64,000 nt of DNA from Candidatus Eiseniibacteriota bacterium (GTDB lineage Bacteria > Eisenbacteria > RBG-16-71-46 > CAIMUX01 > VGJL01): the NCBI GenBank assembly GCA_041946735.1, contig JBHGAY010000020.1:1-64000 (forward strand), written 5' to 3'. The translations under genes and the position numbers were made by a program. Positions 11,173 through 20,214 of this stretch are shown piece by piece. Position 1 is the first letter of the stretch; each line of letters starts with the position of its first letter. Under the pieces are notes generated by a model. That model worked only from the letters and a program-made list of their open reading frames with translations. It was not told the DNA's origin and did not search any database.

Positions 11173-11913
11173 TCAGTCCTGACCGGAGGGAGCGAGACCC
11201 GAAGCGCGGCGGAGACTCTCCACCTCGGGAGCGAGCAGGGGGCGGACCTTCCCCGGCGGCAGCGGCCCCAGCTCGACGCCGTCGAAGCGGATCCGGCGCA
11301 GCCCGAGAACGCGAGCGCCGACCGCCCGGAACATCCTTCGCACCTCCCGGTTCTTCCCCTCGCGGATCGTGATGCGCACCCGCCCTACCGTCCCCTTGCG
11401 CCCGAGCACGCGCACCTCGGCCGGGCCGCTCTTCTCGCGAGGCCCGATCGGGACCCCCTGCCGCAGCATCGCGATCGCCTCGAGCCGCGGCACCGGCGTC
11501 ACCCACGCAAGGTAGGTGCGGGGCACCTGATGGCTTGGGTGCAGCAACGCGTTCGATAGATCCCCGTCGTTCGTGAAGAGAAGCAGTCCCTCGCTCCCCT
11601 GATCGAGACGGCCGACCGCGCGCACCTTGCCGCGCAGCCGGGCGGGAAGGAGATCATAAACGGTCGGGCGTCCCCGTTCATCCGCCGCGGTGACGACGTA
11701 TCCGGCCGGCTTGTGCATCATCGTGTAGAGGAGATCGCGGGGAAGGCGCAGGCGCTCGCCGTCGCAGAGCACCTTGTCGCGATCCGGATCGACCTGGATC
11801 GCGGGCGACTCGGCCGTCTCGCCATTGACCTGGATGCGGCCCTCGGCGATCAGCTCCTCGCACTTACGCCTCGCCCCAAGGCCCGCCGCCGCAAGGAACC
11901 GGTTCAGGCGCAA
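11173..11913 (-). CDS. rluB: rRNA pseudouridine synthase, RluB/RsuA family
   Basis: LRLNRFLAAAGLGARRKCEELIAEGRIQVNG (S4 domain), VGRLDQGSEGLLLFTNDG, EGKNREVRRMF. Likely TTG start at 11913 after GAGGGA (track start 11961); follows scpAB. Confidence 0.92.
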   Translation of the reverse strand: MRLNRFLAAAGLGARRKCEELIAEGRIQVNGETAESPAIQVDPDRDKVLCDGERLRLPRDLLYTMMHKPAGYVVTAADERGRPTVYDLLPARLRGKVRAVGRLDQGSEGLLLFTNDGDLSNALLHPSHQVPRTYLAWVTPVPRLEAIAMLRQGVPIGPREKSGPAEVRVLGRKGTVGRVRITIREGKNREVRRMFRAVGARVLGLRRIRFDGVELGPLPPGKVRPLLAPEVESLRRASGLAPSGQD

Positions 11914-11917
11914 CGGA

Positions 11918-12841
11918 TCATCCCTCGTCGGGAGAGAAGTCCGATCCCTCGGGATTCGCAAGGACGGTCAGACGCCGAGCGAGATCGCCGCCGCGTTCGC
12001 CATCCCCACCGCCGTTGCCGCCGCCGTTGCCGCCGCCGTCGGCATGCGCACCGGAATGCGCGTCGGAATGCGCGTCGGAGTGCCCGTTGCCTTCGACCAG
12101 AGCGAGAACGAGGTCCGCCTCGCCGGCAGCGCCGTTCGAGCCGTCGCTTCCGCCGGCATCTCCCTCGCCCGCGGGATCGCTGGCGTGCCTGTGGCCATCG
12201 CTGTGGCCGTTGCCATTCCCATCGCTGTGGCCGTCGCCGTTGCCGGCGGCAGGCGGGCCGCCCGGAACATCCCCGATCCGGCGCGCCAGCTCGAACTCGA
12301 GCTGCGTGCGGACCTCGTCCGAGGCCCAAAGCGCCTCGACCTCCTCCAGCCGCGGCAGCTCCTGCAGCGAGGCAAGGCCGAAGTGCTCGAGGAAGCGCTC
12401 CGTCGTGCGATAGAGCAGCGGCCGGCCGATCGCAGAGGACCGCCCCGCGATCGTCACGAGATCGCGTTCGAGCAGCGTGTGGATCACCGCTCCGCAATCG
12501 ACGCCGCGCAGATCTTCCAGCTCTCCGCGCGTGATCGGCTGCCGGTAGGCGACGACGGCGAGGCTCTCCAGCGCTGCGCGCGAGAGACGCGCCCGCCGCT
12601 TGCCTTCGAGGAGCCGCTCGACGTAGGGGTACAGATCGGCGTGCGAGAGCAGCTGCCAGCCGCCCGCGAGGCGGACGAGCTGCCACCCGCGCTCCTCCTG
12701 CTCGGCGCTCGCCTGGATCGCCTCGAGGCCCGCCTCGATCTCCTCGAGAGTCGCTTCGGGAATCGAAACCGCGATCTGCTCGACCGTCAGGGGCGCGTCG
12801 GCGGCGAACAGCAGCGCTTCGAGAACTCGCGAGAGGTTCAT
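11918..12841 (-). CDS. scpB: SMC-Scp complex subunit ScpB with a long acidic Gly/His/Asn-rich C-terminal tail
   Basis: VLEALLFAA, LSRAALESLAVVAYRQPITRGELEDLRGV, GRPLLYRTTERFLEHFGLASLQELP; ATG 12841 overlaps the scpA stop. Confidence 0.95.
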   Translation of the reverse strand: MNLSRVLEALLFAADAPLTVEQIAVSIPEATLEEIEAGLEAIQASAEQEERGWQLVRLAGGWQLLSHADLYPYVERLLEGKRRARLSRAALESLAVVAYRQPITRGELEDLRGVDCGAVIHTLLERDLVTIAGRSSAIGRPLLYRTTERFLEHFGLASLQELPRLEEVEALWASDEVRTQLEFELARRIGDVPGGPPAAGNGDGHSDGNGNGHSDGHRHASDPAGEGDAGGSDGSNGAAGEADLVLALVEGNGHSDAHSDAHSGAHADGGGNGGGNGGGDGERGGDLARRLTVLANPEGSDFSPDEG

Positions 12842-13710
12842 CCGAGACTCCCTTCGGGCGGCGCAATCGAGGGGATCGAGATCTCCTCGGACGGCCGCGA
12901 CTCCACTGTCGCTTCGGGACCGCGTGGCATCTCGGCCGCCGGCGGAGCGGGTGGAGCTTCTTGAATCCAGATCTCTCCGAACGGCTCGTCCTGCAGCAGG
13001 ATGATGCGTCCCTGCCGAATCAGTTCGAGCATCGCGAGGAAGGTGACGATCCACTCGAGCCGCCACCACGGGCGCCGGAGGAACGAACGGAAGGCCATCG
13101 GCTCGGCCGCGCCGCGAATGCGCGACAGGAGCCACTCGATCTGCTCCTCGATGCGGATCTCCTCGAGATGGACGTCGTGCGTCGGAGCCGTCTTCGGCCG
13201 CTCGATCACGTCGCGCAGGTAGGTGGCGAGGTCGACGAGGCGCGCCTCACGCAGCGGGAAGAGATGCCCTTTCGGCAGCTCCGGACGGATGCCGCGAGGC
13301 AAGAGCCTCTCCCGGCGCTCCTCGAGCTGGCGAAGAGTCGCCGCCGCCTCCTTGTATCGGCGGTACTCGAGGAGTTGGGCGATCAGACCTTCGCGGGTGA
13401 GCGGCATCTCGCCCGTCTGCTCGTCCGGCTTCTGAGGCCGGGGCAGGAGCATCTGGCTCTTGATCCGCATCAACGTCGCCGCCATCACGAGGAATTCCCC
13501 GGCGATCTCGACGTTCAACGCTTCGAGCGAACGGAGATACTCCAGGTACTGCTTCGTGATGCGGGAAATCGAGATCTCCCAGATCTCGATCCGGTCCTTC
13601 TGGACGAGGTGGAGGAGCAGATCGAGCGGTCCCGAGAAGACCTCCAGCGCCACAGGGTGGCCCCGGAACTGGCTCGGATCGATCCCAGCCGTCTCGAGGT
13701 TCGCGATCAT
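12838..13710 (-). CDS. scpA: Segregation and condensation protein A (kleisin)
   Basis: LEVFSGPLDLLLHLVQKDRIEIWEISISRITKQYL, AGEFLVMAATLMRIKSQMLLP, IVTFLAMLEL, QDEPFGEI; ATG 13710 follows a GGGGAGG SD. Confidence 0.95.
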   Translation of the reverse strand: MIANLETAGIDPSQFRGHPVALEVFSGPLDLLLHLVQKDRIEIWEISISRITKQYLEYLRSLEALNVEIAGEFLVMAATLMRIKSQMLLPRPQKPDEQTGEMPLTREGLIAQLLEYRRYKEAAATLRQLEERRERLLPRGIRPELPKGHLFPLREARLVDLATYLRDVIERPKTAPTHDVHLEEIRIEEQIEWLLSRIRGAAEPMAFRSFLRRPWWRLEWIVTFLAMLELIRQGRIILLQDEPFGEIWIQEAPPAPPAAEMPRGPEATVESRPSEEISIPSIAPPEGSLG

Positions 13711-13741
13711 CGTCCTCCCCGGGGTCGAAACCCCACGCGGC

Positions 13742-13771
13742 AAAGTAGCGGCCGGAACGGCTTGCTGTCAA
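13742..13771 (-). promoter_or_regulatory. Putative sigma70 promoter for scpA-scpB-rluB
   Basis: TTGACA-N18-TACTTT. Confidence 0.6.
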
Positions 13772-13840
13772 TCCTCGAAGAGGTTCCGTCCGCAGAGCGG
13801 GCCCGCCGGCATCGCCCTCGCAGCGACAGGATCTGGGGGG

Positions 13841-13882
13841 AAGAAGGATGGCGCGGGACCCGAAGAATCGAGCCCCGCGCCA
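13841..13882 (-). terminator. Putative intrinsic terminator (15-bp stem) upstream of the scpA promoter
   Basis: Minus strand TGGCGCGGGGCTCGA-TTCT-TCGGGTCCCGCGCCA followed by TCCTTCTT; its G-U pairs form only on the minus strand. Confidence 0.6.
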
Positions 13883-14163
13883 AGGGTTAGGCCGGAAGGA
13901 TTTCCCTCTCCTCTAGGTTGTGCAAGCCCTATCGCAGAGCGAACGGCCGGGGCCCGGAATGGCGTCTCCGGGTGAGCCGGCTTTCTCTAGCCTTCCAGCC
14001 AGGCCGCGTCCCCGACGCGCCATCGGGCACGCGGGGCTCCCGAAAAAGGAAGGAGAGCCGGGCCGGGTCCAGCTAGGAACCGAGCCGGATCGGGGGGATG
14101 TCGATCCCGCTCGGTTGCTTCCACTCCGAGCCATCCGGACCCGCTCTCCGGGAGTCGTCGCCG

Positions 14164-15057
14164 TCATTTCGCCGGATCCTCGGTCCCGCAGGACCGCGAT
14201 TCAGTCTGCGCGTCGACGAGAAGATCGTCGGCAGCGCCGCCCTCGATCACGACGATCACGAACGGACGGGTGCGCGCTGTCCCTACCGCGCAGCGCTCTC
14301 CCGGCACCAGGATCCGCTGTTCGATGAGCAGCGGGCCATCGGTCCGGTAGACACCCGTCACCTCGGTCTCGTAGCCGCTCGTCGCGCAGTCGCCCAGGAA
14401 CAGACCCACGGCGACCTCGCGACGGAAGTCGATGGCCGGCACCAAGACCGGCTTGTCGTTGCCCAGTTGGTCGAGCATGCGAAGCAGTTCGTCACGATCG
14501 GTTGCGACCATCATCCCCGCGCTCGCAACGTCGCTGTGCTGCCCCTGGGCGAGAAGTCGATGGAGGATCGGATCGCGGCGATGTCCCTCGCCGCCGTCCG
14601 CCCAGATGCCGAAGCGGGACGAGAGCTCGCGAAGCGCCTCGGGCGCCCCGGAGTCGCACGTCCCCGTCGAGTAGTCCAGAACCTTGCCGTCGACCCGGAC
14701 CGAGACGAAGAAGCGCCGGTCGCACGACGAGAAGCCTTGATACCCTGCAGGGGGAAGGGCGTCGATAAGACGAGTGAGCGTCTCCAGGTTCTCACCCGCC
14801 AGGAGGCCCCGACTCGACACCCTTTCCCCCTGCAGCCACCACTCCATCGTGCCGGAGGGATCGACGACGAGATCGCCGAACGCCTCCTCTCCCGCCGACT
14901 GGCTCCAATGGAATCGGACCTCTTCCCATGTCCGGTCCGGAGCCGTGGCCCGCTCGGAACCGCAGCCGGACAGCAGGAGAGCCGGGGCAAAGAATAGAAA
15001 CAGCCCCGAGATCTTCCCGAAGGACGGCAGGGTCCGCATGGAGAGCCGATGCCTCAT
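14164..15057 (-). CDS. Lipoprotein with a C-terminal PrcB-type (protease complex subunit PrcB_C-like) domain
   Basis: Lipobox LLLSGC; C-terminal PAIDFRREVAVGLFLGDCATSGYETEVTGV...TRPFVIVVI resembles the PrcB_C pattern; alternative start at 15039. Confidence 0.7.
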   Translation of the reverse strand: MRHRLSMRTLPSFGKISGLFLFFAPALLLSGCGSERATAPDRTWEEVRFHWSQSAGEEAFGDLVVDPSGTMEWWLQGERVSSRGLLAGENLETLTRLIDALPPAGYQGFSSCDRRFFVSVRVDGKVLDYSTGTCDSGAPEALRELSSRFGIWADGGEGHRRDPILHRLLAQGQHSDVASAGMMVATDRDELLRMLDQLGNDKPVLVPAIDFRREVAVGLFLGDCATSGYETEVTGVYRTDGPLLIEQRILVPGERCAVGTARTRPFVIVVIEGGAADDLLVDAQTESRSCGTEDPAK

Positions 15058-15069
15058 GCCCCCCTGACA

Positions 15070-15085
15070 AGCCGCTTCCGTGCCA
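15070..15085 (-). promoter_or_regulatory. Candidate sigma54 (-24/-12) promoter for the PrcB-type lipoprotein
   Basis: TGGCACGGAAGCGGCT: perfect TGGCACG -24 box and GG-N10-GC spacing, but the -12 box is CGGC rather than TTGC; palindromes upstream at 15152-15178. Confidence 0.45.
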
Positions 15086-15213
15086 CGAGGCCAACCAGTT
15101 CGTCCACCGAGGTAAGCTTCTGCACCACTGTGAGTTGCCGCAGATCGAACGAACTCGACGAGTTGGCGCGGTGCGCCACTGCCTCGAAAACCGGACGCGA
15201 AGCAGGAGGAGTC

Positions 15214-16311
15214 TCAGAAATCGGAGGATCCGATCGGGATCCAGGTCAGACCGATCGAGGCGGCGCGCTTGCGGTAGTAGGAGCCGAGCAGCAGGCTCTC
15301 ATTGCGGTACCACGACAGTCGTCCCTCCAGCGCCAGGTTTCGCAGAAGGGCGCGCCGGGCGCGCAGTGCGAGGACGTTGTTGTCTTCCCCGCGATCCTGC
15401 GCCTCCCCCGTTCCGAACACGAAGACCCGATCCAGTCCCGTGTCGTGGTAGTCGACCGACTCGAGCCTCCCTCGCACCTGGAAGAGGACGGAGGCCGGAA
15501 GCCAGCCGGTGACGGAGACGGTCGCGCTGCGGCGGCCGACCGAGTATCCGAACGAGTTCGATCGGACCGACTCCCACACCAATTCCGTCTCGTAGAGGAA
15601 CCCTCGGAGGTAGCGCGCCGTGAGGCGCGCGGCGCGCGCGCGATCCCGCTGGTGTCCCACGGCAAGAGGACCGGACGGCTCGATGCGGATCGCCGGCCGC
15701 CCGTAGCGCGACCAGTCGAAGTCGAAGCCGATCGAACCGTCGAGGCGCCGGTGGAAGGACCGGCGGAAGACTCCCGCAAAGCCGTTGGCCCGCCGGTCGA
15801 ACGGCCCGGTGCGGCCGTAGTCGATCCCTTCGCGGACCCCCGAGAAGCTCAAGCGTCCGCCGCGGAACGGAACGGTCGTGCCGAGGATCAGGAGATCGGT
15901 GTGGAAGTCGCGTTTTCCGCTGTCCGGATACGCGCGTCCCTCCCACCGCGCGCGCGCCCAGAAGCTCGCGTCGCCGACCGGCCGGTCGATCGCCGCTTCC
16001 CCTTCGCCGAGCAGCCTCGACTCCGTGTCGTATCGGACATATCGCTCGAAGAGCCCCTGAAAACGTCCGGACAGGAGGAATCCCGCAGCCCGGAACTGCC
16101 GCGAGGTGAGATCTCCGTGAAGCCGGTAGAAGGAGTCGTCGTGGACCTGGGCGGCCTCCATCGCTTCCCGCACGTTGCTGTCCCATCCCCAGGAGACGCT
16201 CGAGCGGAAGGAGAGCGGCGGAGCCGGCTGCGCTTGCTTCGTCTTCGTCTCTCCTGACGCGGCGGCAGCGGCGCGCGTTCCCGCAAAGTTCGCAAGGGCG
16301 GAAAGGACCAC
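15214..16311 (-). CDS. Hypothetical outer-membrane beta-barrel protein (start uncertain)
   Basis: 3' half of track ORF 15214..17250: SSVSWGWDSNV followed by alternating amphipathic strands and a terminal Phe; the nearest canonical start is GTG 16311. Confidence 0.65.
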   Translation of the reverse strand: MVLSALANFAGTRAAAAASGETKTKQAQPAPPLSFRSSVSWGWDSNVREAMEAAQVHDDSFYRLHGDLTSRQFRAAGFLLSGRFQGLFERYVRYDTESRLLGEGEAAIDRPVGDASFWARARWEGRAYPDSGKRDFHTDLLILGTTVPFRGGRLSFSGVREGIDYGRTGPFDRRANGFAGVFRRSFHRRLDGSIGFDFDWSRYGRPAIRIEPSGPLAVGHQRDRARAARLTARYLRGFLYETELVWESVRSNSFGYSVGRRSATVSVTGWLPASVLFQVRGRLESVDYHDTGLDRVFVFGTGEAQDRGEDNNVLALRARRALLRNLALEGRLSWYRNESLLLGSYYRKRAASIGLTWIPIGSSDF

Positions 16312-16450
16312 GAGGAGCGTCGCGAGGCGGACCGGAACGACATCGATCGGGACGAAGCGCAGCGGAAGGAAGCACTGCCGGCGGAATCGGAGAGGATGGA
16401 ACCGGAAAGGACGACGGAACGGTGGAAGTGCGCGCCGCGCGCGGCCGGAG

Positions 16451-17338
16451 CTAGCGCCGCGGAGCAGAGGTCGCAGAGAAGTTCCGGAGGAGCTGCTCGG
16501 TGGCCTCGAGAGCCGAGCGAACGCGGCCGAGATCCTGCTGCATCTGCTCGACCGCCTGCCGGACCAGAGCGGCAGCGTCCCGAGAGGTGGCGGCGTCGGG
16601 CGGCCCGAGCTCGTCCGGATCGGCGGAAGGAAGCACCGAACCCCCGACCCCGAGCCCGCGAGCCGCTCCATCCCCGTCGGGGACCCCGGAGAGTCCGTGA
16701 GTGCGGGCGGTCTCATCCGAGCCGACGCGTCCTCCCTCGTCCAGGAATCTGCTTTCCTCCGCGAATCCCTCGCTCGCTCTCCGCAGGGACTCCTCGCGTC
16801 GGATCGCCTCGCCCCGGCGCCGCAGCTGCTGCTCCAGCGTTTCGATGCGGTCCCGCAGATCGGAGAGGTAGGCCTGCTTGTCGAGGAGGGTCTCGTATCC
16901 GTCCGCGCTGTCTGGCTGTACGAGGACGAGGCGACCCTCCCAGGGGTCCTGCAGGCGCCGGTCGAGGAGATCGAGGAGGTGGGCCTCGCGTGCGAGGTCC
17001 GCGTCCGACCTCCGCTCCTGCACCTGCTCCAGCTCTCGAGTCGCGAGGCTACGGCACCGCTGGCGCTCCAGCAAGACCTCGACGTCGATCCGGCGGGCCT
17101 GCGCTCCGAGCCGTTCCGCCTCCCGCAGCAATGGTTTCTGCTTCGACGGATCGCCGGACAGCGCCGCCAGGAGCTCGCCGAGCGAGTCGGCGCGGAGCAC
17201 GAGCCGGTGCTGCTCCGACTCGAGGCGGTCGAGCCGCACGAGCGCCTCATCGAGGGGAGCGGCGGATGCGGCGCCGACCGTCAGAAATCCGACGACCGAC
17301 GTCAGAAATCCCACGAAGAGGACCGTCTTGCTAGGCAT
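16451..17338 (-). CDS. Hypothetical secreted coiled-coil protein
   Basis: Signal peptide MPSKTVLFVGFLTSVVGFLTVGAASAA followed by long heptad-rich helices; overlaps the response-regulator stop. Confidence 0.7.
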   Translation of the reverse strand: MPSKTVLFVGFLTSVVGFLTVGAASAAPLDEALVRLDRLESEQHRLVLRADSLGELLAALSGDPSKQKPLLREAERLGAQARRIDVEVLLERQRCRSLATRELEQVQERRSDADLAREAHLLDLLDRRLQDPWEGRLVLVQPDSADGYETLLDKQAYLSDLRDRIETLEQQLRRRGEAIRREESLRRASEGFAEESRFLDEGGRVGSDETARTHGLSGVPDGDGAARGLGVGGSVLPSADPDELGPPDAATSRDAAALVRQAVEQMQQDLGRVRSALEATEQLLRNFSATSAPRR

Positions 17339-18749
17339 CCTGCTCGGGAGATTCGTCCTGGTCCGCTCCGCTCGCGTATCCATACTTCTCCAGCTTGTAG
17401 TACAGCACGCTCGGCTTCAACCGCAGTCGCCGGGCAGCCTCTTGCTTGTTCCCTCCGGCGGCCTCCATCGCGCGCCGAATCAGTTCCCTCTCCAGCTCTT
17501 GCACCGCCCCTCGCAAAGGGACGATGCCCGGGGGGAGCCATCCCCTCGAGGCCCGGCTCGCCGGGAGGAACGGGAGATCCTCGAGTCGGATCGTGCCCCC
17601 CTCGCAAAGGACGAAGGCGCGCTCGATCACGTTCTCGAGCTCCCGGACGTTCCCGGGCCAGTCGTAATGCAGAAGCAATTTCAGTGCCCCTTCCTGAAGG
17701 ACGGGGCGAGGCTTCCCCATCTCTCTCGCGAACCGGTCGAGGAAGTGGTCGCAGAGCAGCGGAATGTCCTCGCGGCGGTCGCGGAGCGGCGGAAGCTCGA
17801 GCGGGATCACATAGAGCCGGTAGAAGAGGTCCTCCCGCATCCGGCCTTCCCGCACGGCCTGCTTGAGGTCCCGGTGGGTTGCGGCGATCAGCCGGACGTC
17901 GACGTGGATCGTCCGTTCCCCCCCGACCCGCTCGAACGTCCTCTCCTGCAGCACGCGCAGAAGCTTCACCTGGGTCGAGTGCGACAGCTCTCCGATCTCG
18001 TCGAGGAAGAGAGACCCGCCGTCGGCCAGCTCGAACCGACCGCGCCGCTGCCGGACGGCGCCGGTGAACGCGCCGCGCTCGTGCCCGAACAGCTCGCTCT
18101 CCAGCACGCCCTCGGCCAGCGCACCGCAGTTGACGCGGATGAACGGGGCGTCGCGCCGTCCCGACTGCCGGTGGATGGCACGCGCGACCAGCTCCTTGCC
18201 CGTGCCGCTCTCGCCCACGATGAGCACCGAGCTCGACGAGTCGGCCACCTTGCGGATGAGGGCGTAGAGGTCCTGCATCCGGGAGCTGCGACCGACGATC
18301 TCGCCGTCGTTGAACCGCTCGTTGATCTCTTCCTGAAGGTACGAGGAGCGGGCGCGCTCGCGCTCGAGCGCTTCGCGATCCGCGCGAATCCGGAGGATCG
18401 CATGCACCTTCTCGACGAGGTGCCCGAGATTGACCGGCTTGACAAGGAAGTCCGCAGCGCCCGCCTTCATCGCCACGACCGCGACTTCGACGGTCGCGAA
18501 GGCGGTCACGAGCAGGACCTCGGTCAGCGGCTGGAGCCCTTTGACGCGATGCAGCAGCTGCAGCCCCGAATCGGGCTCCTCCATGCGAAGGTCGGTGACG
18601 ACGGCGTCGGCGGGCTCGGCCTGGAAGAGGCGGAGCGCGTCGACCACGCCTCCCGCGCCGACCGCGTCGAAACCGGCCTCCTGCAACGCCTCCACGATCC
18701 CCTCGCGCAGGACCTCCTGGTCCTCGACGACGAGCACCCGTCTAGGCAA
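17331..18749 (-). CDS. Sigma54-dependent response regulator (NtrC/AtoC/ZraR family)
   Basis: Receiver VLVVED...VTDLRM...FLVKP; AAA+ domain GESGTGKELVARAIH, ESELFGHERGAFTGA, FLDEIGEL, REDLFYRL, WPGNVRELENVIERA; Fis-type HTH. Confidence 0.97.
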   Translation of the reverse strand: MPRRVLVVEDQEVLREGIVEALQEAGFDAVGAGGVVDALRLFQAEPADAVVTDLRMEEPDSGLQLLHRVKGLQPLTEVLLVTAFATVEVAVVAMKAGAADFLVKPVNLGHLVEKVHAILRIRADREALERERARSSYLQEEINERFNDGEIVGRSSRMQDLYALIRKVADSSSSVLIVGESGTGKELVARAIHRQSGRRDAPFIRVNCGALAEGVLESELFGHERGAFTGAVRQRRGRFELADGGSLFLDEIGELSHSTQVKLLRVLQERTFERVGGERTIHVDVRLIAATHRDLKQAVREGRMREDLFYRLYVIPLELPPLRDRREDIPLLCDHFLDRFAREMGKPRPVLQEGALKLLLHYDWPGNVRELENVIERAFVLCEGGTIRLEDLPFLPASRASRGWLPPGIVPLRGAVQELERELIRRAMEAAGGNKQEAARRLRLKPSVLYYKLEKYGYASGADQDESPEQDA

Positions 18750-20214
18750 CCCTCTCCCCCTCCCTCGGTCTCTCGAAGCGCAGGACGAAGCGGCATCCTC
18801 CCCGCTCCGCCCGCTCGACGCTCACCTGCCCCCCATTCTGCTCCGTCAGGTGGCGAACGATCGAGAGTCCGAGTCCCGCTCCGCTCGCTTTCGTCGTGTA
18901 GAACGGCTCGAAGACCCGGTCGCGCTGGTCGGCCGGAATCCCCGGGCCCTGGTCCTCCACCCACAGGCGGATCGTGGGGCCCTGCGCCTCCCATCCGACG
19001 CGGATCACGCCCCCCTCGGGGGAGGCGTCCGCGGCGTTCCGGATGAGGTTCAGCAGGACCTGCCGAAGCTGGCCCGGATCCGCGAGGAGGGGAGCCGCCT
19101 CGGCTGGGCGGACGATCTCCACGCGCGCCCCACGCTCCGCCAGGACGCCGCTCAGCAGGTCGATCGCCTCGGCCGCGACGTCCCCCGGCTGGACGATCGC
19201 TCGCTCAGGCGCCTGCGGGCGCGCGTAAGCGAGGAACTGCTCGACGATCTCTCCGAGCCGGTGGATTTCCCGCAGGACCTTGCGAACCCGTTCCCGCTGG
19301 GCGTCGTTCAGGCGCGTGTCCGCCTCGAGCAGCTCCGCGTAGATCTGGATCCCGCCGAGCGGATTGCGGACCTCGTGGGCGATCCCCGCCACCATCGCGC
19401 GAAGCGCGCGATCGCGCTCGGCGAGGCGTGAGCGGGCCTCCTCCAAAGTGCGCGCGAGAAACCCGATCTCGTCGGGACGGCCGACCGGGATCGGCCGGTC
19501 GAGATCGCCGCCACCCAGGGCGCGAGCGGCTCCGACCAGATCGCCGAGGGGACGGGTGAGGCTGCGCGCGAGACCCAGGCTGAGCAAGGCAGCCGCCGCG
19601 AACGCGAGCAGCCCGATGACGACGATGCGCTGCTGTAGCGAGCGCACCTCGGCCAGGAAGCGGGCGTCGGCCTCGACCGCCACGAAGCCGAGCAGATCGG
19701 TCCCGACCAGCAGCGGGGCGTAGCCGGTCTTGCGGGTGCGGCCCCCCTCGTCACGAAAGACCGGGGAGGACGCCGGACGGCCAAGCGCCGCCGCGTCGAG
19801 CATCGGCCGATGGGCGCGAGCTTGCGGCAGGATCGAGCCGGGCACGGTGCCGGGATCGGTGTCGAGCGCGTTGCGGCCCTCGCGATCGAGGAGGATGATG
19901 CGGCGCACGCCGGTCGCGTCGCGAAGCTGGCTCAGCCTCTCGACGAGCCGCGCTCGCGTTCGCGATCCTCCCTCGGGCCCCAGCGAGAGAGCGCCGGCGA
20001 TCAGCGACGGATCGATCTGCGTCGACGCCGCCGCCGCGATCGCTTCCAGCCGCGAACCCATCTCGGCCTCGAGGCTGCGCCGCGCCTGGCTCCCGATGAG
20101 CAGCGTCGCGAGCAGCAGGATCCCCGCCGCCAAACCGAGAAAGCTGACGAGCAGCCTCGAGCGGATTCGCAGGCTCACCCCGCGGGCCGGGGGGCGTTGG
20201 GCGCGCCGCTTCAT
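18742..20214 (-). CDS. Membrane sensor histidine kinase (2 TM, periplasmic domain, HAMP, HisKA, HATPase)
   Basis: HAMP DEIGFLARTL, H-box AGIAHEVRNPLGGI, N-box QVLLNLIRNA, DQGPGIP, FEPFYTTKASGAGLGL; ATG 20214 overlaps the acuC stop. Confidence 0.95.
   Translation of the reverse strand: MKRRAQRPPARGVSLRIRSRLLVSFLGLAAGILLLATLLIGSQARRSLEAEMGSRLEAIAAAASTQIDPSLIAGALSLGPEGGSRTRARLVERLSQLRDATGVRRIILLDREGRNALDTDPGTVPGSILPQARAHRPMLDAAALGRPASSPVFRDEGGRTRKTGYAPLLVGTDLLGFVAVEADARFLAEVRSLQQRIVVIGLLAFAAAALLSLGLARSLTRPLGDLVGAARALGGGDLDRPIPVGRPDEIGFLARTLEEARSRLAERDRALRAMVAGIAHEVRNPLGGIQIYAELLEADTRLNDAQRERVRKVLREIHRLGEIVEQFLAYARPQAPERAIVQPGDVAAEAIDLLSGVLAERGARVEIVRPAEAAPLLADPGQLRQVLLNLIRNAADASPEGGVIRVGWEAQGPTIRLWVEDQGPGIPADQRDRVFEPFYTTKASGAGLGLSIVRHLTEQNGGQVSVERAERGGCRFVLRFERPREGERVA

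Noticed and set aside
13920..13940. TGCGATAGGGCTTGCA as a sigma54 promoter
   Set aside because: It has TTGCA but lacks the invariant GG at -24.
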